From the NCBI RefSeq assembly GCF_004010195.1, contig NC_057754.1, positions 12,952,770 to 13,003,834 on the forward strand: 51,065 bases of DNA, written 5' to 3'. The notes beneath the pieces are model-generated. The model ran no database searches, had not been told where the DNA came from, and worked only from the letters and a program-made list of their open reading frames with translations. How positions within the stretch are numbered: position 1 is the first letter of the stretch; every line of letters starts with the position of its first letter. Both the position numbers and the translations under genes were made by a program. The stretch is from Chiloscyllium plagiosum. Lineage: Eukaryota. Shown piece after piece: positions 37,073 through 48,887 of the stretch.

Positions 37073-38472
37073 TGCAATGGTGATCACCTGTAATGCGACA
37101 TGAACCCAAGGTCCCGGTTGAGGCCCTCCCTATGGGTACCGAACTTAGCTATCAGCCTGTGCTCAGCCACTTTCCTCTGCTGCCTGTCCCGAAGTCCACC
37201 TTGGAGGATGGTCACCCGAAGGTCCGTGGCTGAATGTCCTGGACCACTGAAGTGTTCCCCAATTGGGAGTTGTCCTGAGATTGTTTTCATGAAGAAAGGT
37301 TGAGAGAGAGGTGCTGAGCAGTCGATCAGAATCACTAAACAGTTTGGGAGGCCTTGGGTTCTTTTTTAAGTCAGAACAATAGAAGCAGCCTGAATGGGTG
37401 GGGTCAAGCTCCTACAGAGCCAGGATTTTTAGTTTTGGTTTTTCAGTCGCAGCTGGAGTCTTGAAGCTGAGTTTGAAATCTGCAGTACATCTTGCTCTGC
37501 TCAGAGATGTCTCTCAGAGATTCCTCCAGATGCTGTTCCTCCTAGACTGGGGAATTGCATAAGCCTTTGCTCAGTTTCCCCAATGTACCATGCCTCTGGG
37601 CATCCCTGCCTGCAACGTATAAGATAGACAATGTTGGCTGAGTCACATGAGTACCTGCCATGTACATGGTGGGAGGTGTTCCCACGCGTAATAGTGGTAT
37701 CTATGTCCATAATCTGACACGTTTTGCAGCGTCCACCATGACAGGGTTGTATGGAGTTGACCTGAGAGTTTGCTACGAACAATGATCTGTTTAAGGTTTG
37801 GCGGTTGTTTAAAGGCAAGTACTGGAGGTGTGGGGAAGATCTTGGTGAGGTGCTCATCTTCATTGATAATGTGTTGCAGGTCACGAAGAACATGGCGTAA
37901 TTTTTCAGCCCCTGGGAAGTACTGAACAACGAAGGGTACCTTGTCAATTGCAGCCCGTGTCTGTCTCCTGAGGAGGTCATTACGGTTCCTTGCTGTGGCA
38001 CGTCGGAACTGGCGGTCGGTGAGTTGAACATTGTACCCCGTTCTTGTGAGGGCATCCTTGAGTACTTCTAGGTGTACTCCACAATCACCTGATTAAAAAG
38101 CTAGTGTGCTTCCACTTAAACCTGTTGGACTATAACCTGGTGTTGTGCGATTTTTAACTTTGTACACCCCAGTCCAACACCGGCATCTCCGAGTCATAAA
38201 TGGAGATGGAGAGGTCCAGGAAGGGGAAGGAGGTGTCAGAGATGGTCCAGGTGAATTTAAGGTCGGGGTGGAATGTGTTAGTGGAGTTGATGAATTGCTC
38301 AACCTCCTCGCAGGAGCACGGGGTGGTACCAATGTAGTCATCAATGTAGCGGAGGAAGAAGTGGGGAGTGGTGCCGGTGTAATTACGGAAGATGGACTGT
38401 TCTATGTAGCCAACAAAGAGACAGGCACAGCTGAGGCCCATACAGGTGCCCTTGGCTGCCCCTTTGGCCTGG

Positions 38473-40618
38473 AATTGTGGAGTCCCGAGCAAAGGTATTG
38501 TACCATTGACAGTCATGTGTGATGTGCTGGAAGGCTGGAGGGTAGCATGGTGGACAGTGAAGGATGTTTGCTAAGATTACAAAGGGATCTTGATAATGGG
38601 CTGAAAAACTGTCGATGGAATTCAATCTGAATAAATGCAACGTAGTACATTTGGTAAAACAAACAAGGGTAGAGCTTATACAATTAATGCTCGGGCCTCA
38701 GTTACTGTTTTAGAGCAGAGGGACCTCCAGGTTCAGCTACATAATTCTTGAAGTTTGCATCACAGGATGGATAAGACAGTGCTTGGCATGTTTGACTATT
38801 GCTCAGTCCATTGAGTGTAGGTTTTGGGACGTCATGTGGAGATTTAACGGACATTGGTGAGGTCTATTCTGCAATACTCTGTCCAGTTCTGGTAGCCCAG
38901 TTATAGGGAGGATATTATTAAGCTGCAGGGTGTTCAGAAGAGATTTACCAGGATGTTGCTGGGTGTGGAAGGCTTGAGTTCTGAAAAATGACTGGATAGG
39001 CTGAGTCTTTTTTCACTGGAGCCTGGAAGGTGAGAGATGACCTTATGGAAGCTTATGAAAAAAATAAGGGATATAGATAGATTTAATGTCAGTTGCCTTT
39101 TCTCCAGGATAGGGGAGTCTCAAGAGGAGGGGCCACATTTTTAAGGTTAGAGGCGAGAGATGTTCAAAAAAAAAGACAGGGGGGCAAATTATTACACAGA
39201 GGGTGGTTTGAGTGTGGAATGGACTTCCTGGGGAAGGGGTGGATGTGGGTACAATTACACGTTTAAAAGACATTTCGATAAGTACGTGAACAGGAAAGGT
39301 TTGGAGGGATATGGGCCAGCAACAGGCAGGTGGAATGAGTTTAGTTTTAAATTATGTTTGGTATCAACTGAAGGGTCAGTTTCCACGCTGTATAGCTCTA
39401 TGACAAGAACATAGTTTTGTTCCATTATTTAAGAAATGCTGTGATGGAAAGCCAGTGAACTAATTACCAATTAGCCGGATTTCAATGGTGGCTAAGTTGT
39501 GGAAGTGATTCTGCCAGACAGGAGTTACATGCATTTGGAAAGGCAAAGATTGATTTACGATTGTCAGCAAAGCTTTGTGCTTACAAAATCAGGTCTCTCT
39601 AACTTGATTGCTTTTGTTGAGGTGGTGACCACCACCACCATACACTAATGTCAGCAGGGCCTTTGACAGGATTTAGCATGATATATAGGTTTGTAAGGTT
39701 AGATCACATGGGATCAGGAAGTGCTCGCCAACTGGATGTAAAATTGGCTTGACAGTAGGAGAGAGAGGGAGGCGGGAGAGGATTGTTGTTCAGACTGGAG
39801 GCCTGTTACCAGCGGTGTGCTATAAGGATCGGGGCTGGGTCCACTAATGTGCATCATCTACACAAACTATTTGGTTCAGAATATAGAAGTCATTGTTAGT
39901 AATTTTGTGGATTATCAAATTAATGGTGTAGTGGGCAGTGAATGCGGTTGTCAAAGGTGGCCTTGACCAACTGGGTCAGTGGGCCAAGGAATGAAAGATG
40001 GAGTTAAATTCAGGTGGTAGATTTTGTTTAGACAAACCAGGGAGGACTAACACAGTTCATGGCAGGGTCCTGGGCAATGTTGTCAGACAGAGAGACCAAG
40101 GGGTGCAGTTACATTGTTCCTTGGAAGTGGCATCACAGGTGGACAGGGTGGGGAAAGCAGCATTTGGTACACTTGCCGTCATTGGCAAGCGCTTTGATAT
40201 ACGAGTTGGAGATGTTTGTAACGTTGTCCTAAATATTTCCTTTGGGCAGAGGAGGCTATGGGGTGATCTAAGCAAGGTTTACAAAATCTTGCGGGCCCTG
40301 AGTAAGGTGAATAGCCAAGGGTAGGTGAGTCCAAAACTTGAGCGTATAAATGTGAGGTGAGAGAGCAAAGATTTAAAGAGGGAGTTGAGGAGCAACGTTA
40401 TCCACAGCGAATGGTGCATTGACGGCATGAACGTCCAGGGCCACATGGGTGAAGCAAGAACAATTACAACATGGAAAAGACATTTCGGCAGGTACATGGA
40501 GATGTGAAGGTTTGAATGGATGGGCCAAACGCAGGCAAAAGCGACCCAATCAGTTTGGGAAACCTGGTCAGCATGGACTAGTCAAACCAAAGTTCTGTTT
40601 CCGTGCTGCATGACTCTG
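38473..40618 (+). mobile_element. Mosaic of CR1 ORF2 fragments
   Basis: RT C-terminus plus 3'UTR at 38540-39400. 39410-40615 is paralogous to 15600-17340. Confidence 0.82.
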
Positions 40619-40797
40619 TCTCTAGTTATTGGAGGAGGAGACTACTGAGATAAGGCATGTTGTAGACACTGAAGCAAGTTACAGAGACAGGGATGGTAGT
40701 CTGGAATGCAGCATATTTCAAATATGTGGAGGGACTATCGGAAAGGGAGGAGGTTACGGTGACTGTAACTGATGCAGTAGTTGCACATTTTTCAAGA

Positions 40798-41070
40798 CAC
40801 TGGTCAATGAGACATGACATAGATACATTGTTGGAGAAGGAACACAGAGCAGAAATATCCCAGGCAGCATTCCCACCCTCGTGTGGGAGGCCTGCTTTCC
40901 CTTCTGTTGCACTGATGCTCACTGAGACAGCACAGGCTTGGATTGATTAATGTGAACTCCCGATGTTGTCTTAGTACAAAATAAAGTAGAGGCAGTGATT
41001 GATCCTCGAGTGAGTCTGTACTGTGCTTCCCCTCCAGTACTGTATCTATGTCATGTTTTATTATCCAATG
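40798..41070. repeat. About 50-bp inverted repeats around an about 170-bp spacer (MITE-like)
   Basis: cactggtcaatgagacatgacatagatacattgttggagaaggaacacag versus ctgtgcttcccctccagtactgtatctatgtcatgttttattatccaatg. Also present at about 17515-17750 and 27242-27395. Confidence 0.7.
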
Positions 41071-41117
41071 TTTGGAGCCTCTCATTGCTCTCTGCTCTGT
41101 GCACTGAGTGATCTTAA

Positions 41118-41427
41118 CTCGCTGCAGGATTTATTGAAGGCTCCAGATTTCCCTTCCCTTTGTCTCTCTGGCTGACCAACCATCTTCAATGTGGTGATGG
41201 ATGAGACACCCAGCTGTTCGGAAGTCTACGGAGTCAGGGACTTCCTGAGTACCTGCAGGAGACAGAGAAATAGACAGAATGGGAAATTAGACTGATGTAG
41301 TGAGGGTTACACACGGAGAATAGTACTGTGTCCCACAGAGATCTAGAAAATCCCAGTCTTCATCCCTGGCCTGTGGTGCTGCGTCTCTCTGGAGTGGAGA
41401 ATTCTGTTGGCTCAGGATCTGGAATAC
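41118..41427 (-). pseudogene. Candidate exons X (41427-41371) and Y (41252-41118), copy 4
   Basis: Acceptors ctcactcttgcag| and tttctctgtctcctgcag|. X reads GIPDPEPTEFSTPERRSTT. Y reads GTQEVPDSVDFRTAGCLIHHHIEDGWSARETKGREIWSLQ*ILQR. The Y donor is mutated to ttaaga. Confidence 0.55.
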
Positions 41428-43554
41428 CTGCAAGAGTGAGAGGCGCTGACAGAGGCAGCAATTAGTCTCACACAGTGAGGGATATCACATGGAGAGAGAC
41501 TGAGTGATATCACCAGATTTCAGGATAATTTCAGGATCAAACAAGTGTGTAGGAAGAACGGGTTTAGCTTCATGATGCATGGTATTAGTGCTCGGGGACG
41601 AGCAACCAGTGAGCAGGCGAAGTGATGCCCTAGTGGTAAAATTACTAGAGCATGTATCCCAAACCTCAGCTAATGTTCATGGGAGGCAGGTTTGAATCCC
41701 ATCATCAGAAATGGAGAAATTTGAAATCAATAATTTTTGAAAGTAATAATTAACAATCCACAATGTACAAAAAAAAGCCCAAATACTTGTCCTTTCGAGA
41801 AGGACATCTGCCCATCCTCACGTGGTCTGCACAACATACCCACAGCGAAGTGTTTGCCTCTGAATTACCCTCTGAAATGACCAAGCAAGTTACTCAGCTC
41901 AAGGGCAGCTAGGGCTGGGCAAGAAAGGCTAGTCAGACAGAGACACCAACATCTCACACCACGTTTAAAAAGAAATCCATTAGCATGGTCCCATTGGAAC
42001 CGTTCTGAGACCAATGTCCTGACTAATCATGTCGGTAGGTTTGTGGACAGGGCTTTAAACTGACAGAGAGGATGCAGGGACAGGGTTCAGGTGAAAGGAG
42101 CTTTCCAAATCCAAAGAGAAAAGTTGAAGCGTTGGAGCAGCATGGGAATGTGACTGAAGGCAAGCAGAAAGGAACAGGATGGGACAAAGCTAAACTAAAG
42201 TGGCACATCAGCGAATTGGGCTGTGTCAGGAAATTGTGGGAAAAAAATATGTTTTTGTCGAATGGACAAAGTCTCATCAATAAGGTAGATGGATTTGTGA
42301 CACAGAGGTAAATGGAATTTAGACACCAGCGAGATGAACATAAATATTCAATATTTCACAACCTTGTGCAAACTCAGGCAAATGGACAACGTGAACAATA
42401 ATGGATAACAAAGGCATTACAGAGAAAGCATTTGACCGCAGATCATGAAGTAGAGTCTGTCTGAATGTTAATTCTGGCCACTACTTGCCAAGGACACTCG
42501 CAGCAGAACAGTCTTAGGCATTTATTTGCTTATCACTGCATTAAACAGGAACTCATTGGAATTTTTAAAAATAAACACATTGTGATAATTTTGGGAAACT
42601 TCAATATTCGTATAATCTGGGATAAACACAATGATAACAGTGATATTGGTAGGGAGTGCGGAGATTATTTCTTTGTGTATCTTTGTGCAACTGGCTTGGG
42701 ACATAACTACCTCAGACCGACTGTTGTGTGATGAAACTTAGTGAATAAGTAATGTCACCTGGGGAGATCCACTGGGATATTTTGACAAAGTATAGTTTAA
42801 AGAAATATAAAGTTTTAAAGTGGCTCACACAAAGGACAAGCTACAACGAGGAACAAAAATAGCAAATGACATGAGTTTGAGAGGAGAACTGACCAAGGTA
42901 AACAGACTAAACAGACTGAAACATGTGTGTGTAAATGAACAGTGGAAAACTTTTGGAGGAACAGTTTAAAACATTCAACAAAAGGATATTCCACTGAAAC
43001 AGACAAAACCTCAGCAAGAAATCCCCACCTGTCCCTCACTCAGGACAAAATGAATCATATTAGATTATCAGGCTGAGAAGATCGCCAAAATTTCTTAAAA
43101 TCCTGAAGTGAGAGAGTGTTTTAAGAGTAAGTTTTAAAGGGATTGCAAATGGTCTGCTAGCAGGAGAAGGGCAGTAGGAAGGGGAATCATTGATACAATA
43201 GGAACAGGGAGAGGTGAAGGTGCTGGAGGTGGTGAGAGTATTACAGAAAGTGATCAGGGCCTGAACGGTGTTACAAAGTCCGTACGGATTGCTGCAGAGG
43301 GAGGGGTTTGCAGAGGTAGGAAAGGAAGGTATGTACTTTCATTTATTCATTCATGGTATGAGGATGTCACTGATTGGGCAATGAATCTTTGCCCCACTGC
43401 TAATTATCCAGAGGGTCGCTCAGAGTCAGCCATACTGTTGTGGGTCTGGATTCACATGTCAGCCACACCATGTTAGAATGTCAGATGTTCTAGACTAAAG
43501 GAGGTAAGTGAACCAGATCAATTCATCCTACTGATCAACAATGGTTTCATGGTG

Positions 43555-46500
43555 GCCACACCATGACATCCCAATTCCTACTCTCAATGCTCTGACCAAT
43601 GAAGGTAACAATCCCAAACGCCTGCTTCACCAGCCTGTCTACCTGTAACACCACTTTCAATGAACTGTGTACCTGCATCCCTGGGTCACTGACTGATAAC
43701 ACTACCCAGGGCCCGAACATTAACTATACAAGTCCCACCCGGTTTGTTTCACCAAAATGGAACACTTCACATTTATCTAATTAAACTCCATCTGCTATTC
43801 TTCAGCCCACTATCACAGCAGTACTGTTCATCCTGTTTTATTATATATAACCTTCTTCACTGTCCACTTTACCACCAATTTCAGTGTCACCCAAAAAGAC
43901 CTATTTGACAATAAAGCAATATTCCCATCCAAACTATTTATCCAAATGACAAACAACAGTGGACGCACTACACCGCTGGTCACATGCCCCCAGTCAGGAA
44001 AACAACTGTCTCCCACCACTCGCTGTCTCCTACCATCAAGCCAATTGTGTATCCATTTCACGAGCTCCTCTTGAATGCCACATCCTTTTGCATAAGCTTA
44101 TTACCCAGTTTACCATAGGGAACATAGATCACAGAACAGTGCAGCACAAGACCCTTCAGCCATGATGCTATGCCAACCTTTTATCCGACTGTAAGATCAA
44201 ACTAATCTCCGTACCCTTCATTTTACTATCATCCATGTGCCTATCCAAGAGTCTATTAAATATCCCTAATGCATATGATTTTACTACCACAGCTGGCAGT
44301 GCATTGCACCCACCATCACTCTCTGTTGAAAGAACCTACCTCTAAAATCTCCCCTTAACCATCCTCCAGTCGCCTTAAAATTACACCCCCTTAAAATAGC
44401 CATTTCTCCGACAGGAAAAAAAAGTCTCTGACTATTCACTGTCTCTGTGCCTCTCGTCATCTTGTTCACCTCTGCCAAGTCACCCATCACCTTTCTTCAT
44501 TCCAATGAGAAAAGCTTTAGCTCCCGAAGACTTACTTCATAAGACATGCTCTCCAGTACAGGCATCATCCTGTTAAATATTCTCTTTACCCTCTCCAAAG
44601 CTTCCACATTCTTCCTGTAATGAAGGAACCAGCACTGAACACAATATTCCAAGTGGGGTCTAACCAGGTCTCTATAGAGCTGCAGCATCATCTCACCACT
44701 TTAAAACCCAATCCCACAGCAAATGGAAGCCAACACAGCATCTTCCTTTTTCACAACCCTATCAACTTGTGTGGCATCTCAGAGGGCTCTCTGGACGTTT
44801 ACCCCAAGGTCACTCGGTTCCTCCACACTGCCAAATATCCTGCCTTGAACCCTCTATTCTGCATGCGATCACTTCACATTTTTCCAGGTTGAACTCTTAT
44901 CTGCCACTTTTCGCCTAGCTCGACACCATGTCAATGTCCCATTTCAAGCTACAACAGACCTCCACACTATCCAACACTCCACTAACCTTCATGACATTGA
45001 CAAAGTTACTAACTCACTCTTCCACTCCCACATTCAAGTATTTTTTTAAAATCATAAATAGCAGAGGTCCCAGAACCAATCCCTGCACAACAGGTTGAGT
45101 GTTTTCCATCCATCCTCCTCCTCTGTCTTCTGTGAGCCAGGAATTCTGTATACAGACAGGCAGGTTTCCCTTTATCCCATGCTTCCGTACTTTCTGAATG
45201 AGCTATAAATGAGATTTGAGGCATGACCTGTCCCTTACAAAGCCAGGCTTACTACCTCTAATCAAGCTATGGACTTAGGAAGGAATTTTCAAGGAATTAT
45301 AAATTCTGTCTCACAGAGTCATCTCCAATAATCTGCACACCATAGACATAAGACTAACTGGTCTGTAATTCCCACGATTCTCTTTCTCGTACAGGGGAAT
45401 AACATTTGCCACCCTCCAATCTTCTGAAACGACTCCACTGGACAGTGAGGGTGAAAATGTTATCGCAAAAGATGCAACAATCTCTTCCCTCGCTCCGTGT
45501 ATAACTTTAGGCATATCCCATCTGGTCTAGCAGATGTATCTGACCTTATGTTTTACAAAATTCTCAGCACATCCTCTTTCTTAACATCAACCTGTTCACA
45601 TATATCAATGGTCTTCACGCTGTCCTCACAAATGACAATGCGCCACTCAGGAGTGAATCCTGAGTCATAGTATTCATTAAGGACCTCTCCTACTGCCTCG
45701 AACACTAGGCACAGATTCCATCTATTATCCCTGACCGGCCCTACCATCACTCTGGCCATCCTCTTGTTCCTCACACAAGTGGAGAATGCCTTGCAGTTTT
45801 CTTAATGCTTCCCAACAATTTTTTCGTGCCCCCTTCTCGCTGTCCTATGTCCATTCTTCAGTTCCTTTCTGGCTACCTTCAGAGAGTCCCCAGAGTGAGG
45901 AAACAGGTCATTTGGCCCAACAACTCCATACCAACCCTCTGAAGGGTATCCCACCCAGAAGCATTCCCCACCTTCTCACTCTTCATTTGCCCCGACTAAT
46001 GCGCCAAACCTACACATCGCTGAACATTATGGGTAATTTAGCATGGCTGATTCACCTAACATGCACACCCTTGAACTGTTGGTGGAAACTGAAGCACCTG
46101 GAGGAAACCCACGCAGACATGGGGAGAATGTGCAAACTCCACACAGACAGTCACCCGGGGCTGGAATCAAAATCGGGTGTCTGGTGTTATGAGGCAGCAG
46201 TGCTAACCACTGAACCACCGTACTGCTTCATGTAACTCTTAAAAGCCGTGTCTGATTCTTGCTTCCTCATCCTTAAGTAAGCTTCCTTCTTCCTCTTGAG
46301 TAGATGTTCTACATCCCTTTTCAACCTTGTTAAACGCTTCACTAAAGTCCATGTGGACAATGTTCACTGCTCTGCCTTCATCTATCTCTTGGCCACCCCC
46401 TCAGAGAGATAATCTGGTTTGTGAAACACGGTTTTCCACTCACAAAGCCATGCTGACTATCTGTAATCAGCCCTTACCTTTCCAAATATACGTAGCTCCT

Positions 46501-46900
46501 TTCTCTCAGAATCTCCTCCAACAAATTACCCATCACGGGGCTGTAATTTTCAGGCTTTGCCCTGCAGCCCTTAAGTGATGGAACAGCATTAGCCACCCTC
46601 CAGTCTTCCGCACCTCACTGTGTCTGTTGATAATATAAATATCTCTGTTAGGGACACTGCAATCTCTTCCCTTGCTTCCCACGATATTCTAGCATACACC
46701 TAATGAGCTACTGAGGATTGATCTACCTTTGTTTTAAGATTCCAGCACTTTCGCGACTCTATTGAGGATTCTTTCCAAGACATCACTATTTACTTCCCCA
46801 AGTTCACGAGCTTTCATGTAATTCTCCACAGTAAATTCTGTTCAGATTTTTTCTGTTTAAGATCTCACCCATCTCCCCTGGTTCCACACATAGGTGACCT
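43555..46900 (-). mobile_element. Mosaic of CR1 ORF2 fragments
   Basis: ORFs 44497..44691 (QLYRDLVRPHLEYCVQ), 45311..45514 (EDWRVANVIPLY.K...NYRPVSL) and 43828..44061. Confidence 0.9.
45885..46220 (-). mobile_element. HE1-type V-SINE
   Basis: ggaggaaacccacgcagacatggggagaatgtgcaaactccacacagacagtcaccc...gaggcagcagtgctaaccactga. Confidence 0.92.
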
Positions 46901-47154
46901 TATGTAAAGGCTTCTGAAAATTCAAATCGAACGCATCCCCCGTAATAACACGCCCCTCCTACACCCTTAACTATCATGTCATTTATATTCACACCAACAA
47001 ATAAAATTCACAGGTTCAAAAACATATTCTCTTTTATAAAATGTGATTCTAAGGGTCCAATTATTGTTTATTGACATATCAATTCTAACGTATTTCAGCA
47101 TGCTCCTGACTTACTGTCAGGCAAGCACTATCTGGTTTCAGACTTACAGCAGAA

Positions 47155-47524
47155 AGAGTTATGGGAGTTCTTGTTTATCAATCTGAAAAGGGGAGCTTAC
47201 AGGCTCAGCAGATAATAGACAAGGCAAATCAAATGCTGCCATTTATTACAAAGGTAATGGAGTCTAAAAACAGGAAGGTCTTGCTAAAACTATACAAGAT
47301 ACGAGTCACACCATACCCAGAATACTATGAACAGTGTGAGTGTCCGAAGGAACAATATTCTTCTATTGGAGGCAGGTCAGAGAAGGGTCACTTGGTTGAT
47401 CCTGGGAATGGATGAAGTTTCCAATATGAGGTGGAGCAGATTGAGGTTGAACCCATTGAGGTTTAGAATAATGAGAGAGTAATTGAATGCAACATCCAAG
47501 ATTCTGAAGGGCTTTGATCGGATA
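47155..47524 (+). mobile_element. Old CR1 C-terminal fragment
   Basis: ORF 47161..47415 contains GVLV.QS.K.SLQ.QQ.I.KANQML.FI.K.ME.KNR.VLLKLYK. Confidence 0.8.
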
Positions 47525-48820
47525 GATCAACAATTCTTTATGGTGGCCTCACCAATGTCTTCTACAGCCACACCATGCCATCCCTGCTCCTACTGTCAGT
47601 GCTCTGCCCAACGAAGGTAACCATCCCAAACGCCTGCTTCAACAGCCTGTCTACCTGGGACACCACTTTCAAAGAACTGTGTACCTGCATCCCGAGTTGT
47701 CTGATTGACAACACTACCCAGGGCCTGAACATTAACTGTACAATTCCAGCTTGGTTTGTTTTACCAGAGTGCCACACTGTGCATTTCTCCATCTGCTATT
47801 CCTAAACTCCTGGCCCACTCTCAGATAACCCTCTTCACTATCCGCGTTACCACTAATTTCAGTCTCACTCACAAACTTGCTAACCATAGCTCCTGCATTA
47901 TCATCCAAACCGTTTATATAAATGATGCACAACAGTGACCCAGCACCGAACCCCATGGCAAACCATTGGTTGCAGGCCTGCAGTTTGTGCAGTAACCCTC
48001 TACGAGCACGCTCTGAATCCTACCGTCAATCCTATTTTGTATCCAATTGGTGAGCACTCCCTCGTTATCCGTGATCTAAAGTACTAACCAGTCTGCCATG
48101 CAGTACCTTCTCATAGGCCTTGCTAAAGTCCATGGAGACATCATCTACTGCTCTGCCATGACCTATCACTTGTCTACCTCCACAAACACTCAAGCCAGTT
48201 TGTGAGACATGATTTCCCACGCACAAAGCCATGCTGACTATCGCTAATCCGTCCTTGCCTTTCCAAATGCATAATGATCCTTTCTTTCAGAATCTCCTCC
48301 AACAAGTTACCCACCGCTGCCATCAGTCTCACTGGTCTGTAGTGGTTGTCGATGACACAAATATCTCTGCGAGGGGCCCTGTAATTTCCTCCTGATGAGG
48401 CTTTGGAATACATTTGATCATGTCCTAAAGTTTTATCAACCTTTTTGCATTTTAAGACATCCAGCACCTCCTGTTCTCAAATGTAAACTCTGTTCATGAC
48501 ATCACAATGTATTTTCCCAAGTTTCTGAGCTTCCATGTCTTTCTCCACAGTAAATCCTAACGCAAAATATTTGTTTTGGATCTCATCCATCAGCAGTGAT
48601 TCGACATAGACAACCTTATTGACCTTTCACGGGACCTATTCTCTCCCTCAATAATCCTTAGCCCTTGTGGAAACTTGTCAAAATGCTTTCGAAATTTCAA
48701 ATATGCCTCGATCGCTACTAGCCTCCCCCATCCTTATCTATTCTGCCATTTATGGTCACACCAAAATATAGAATCCAAGAGATTTATAAATATTCCCCTT
48801 TTATAAAACCACACATCGCC
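47525..48820 (-). repeat. Partial fifth unit copy (SINE/CR1 junction and reverse CR1 mosaic)
   Basis: 'gatcaacaattctttatggtggcctcaccaatgtc' matches the junctions at about 10295, 29990 and 43533. 48660-48810 matches 24240-24350 and 46905-47040. Confidence 0.7.
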
Positions 48821-48887
48821 CATTGCACAGACCGGGAGTGTGGTACGCAGTGGAGGAGGTCAAACTGATAGGGATAGTTTTAGAGAT

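Larger units (their letters stand above)
36391..38198 (-). mobile_element. Second-family Penelope-like element nested in the first, with inverted terminal repeats
   Basis: 37501..38055 contains PCHGGRCKTC...HGRYSCDSANIVYLIRCRQGCPEAWYIGETEQRL (GIY-YIG). 37084..37335 contains GEHFSGPGHS..DLRVTILQG...AE.RLIAKFGTH..GLNRD. The repeat at 36394-36486 is inverted at about 38076-38156. The TSD aatgga lies at 36385-36390 and 38199-38204. Confidence 0.93.
35134..38472 (-). mobile_element. Penelope-like element (RT C-terminal half plus GIY-YIG endonuclease plus terminal repeat), 5'-truncated and split by a nested PLE
   Basis: 38154..38516 contains Q.KG.A.G...LFVGYIEQ...FLRYIDD...PFLDLSISI, continuing at 36043..36402 as NDDRLDTDIFYKPTDSHSYLDY...YSQFL.LR.ICS. 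VIYCIHCSRCSLLYIGETGR lies at about 35720-35780. A perfect 10-bp TSD aattgtggag lies at 35124-35133 and 38473-38482. Confidence 0.93.
40620..47150. repeat. Segmental unit copy 4
   Basis: Collinear with copy 2 (17345-24390). Confidence 0.9.

Noticed and set aside
36661..37109. His/Thr- and Cys/Val-rich ORFs
   Set aside because: These are translations of the (TG)n microsatellite.
40877..40903. Possible 27-nt mini-exon EGKAGLPHE (collagen- or butyrophilin-like)
   Set aside because: There is no polypyrimidine tract, it lies inside the inverted-repeat element, and it is deleted in copy 3.
41205..41252. VPDSVDFRTAGC resembles the papain/cathepsin mature N-terminus (LPDSVDWR..GC)
   Set aside because: The motif is not conserved in copies 2 and 3, no QG.CGSCW follows, and the segment is better explained as a paralog of exon X.
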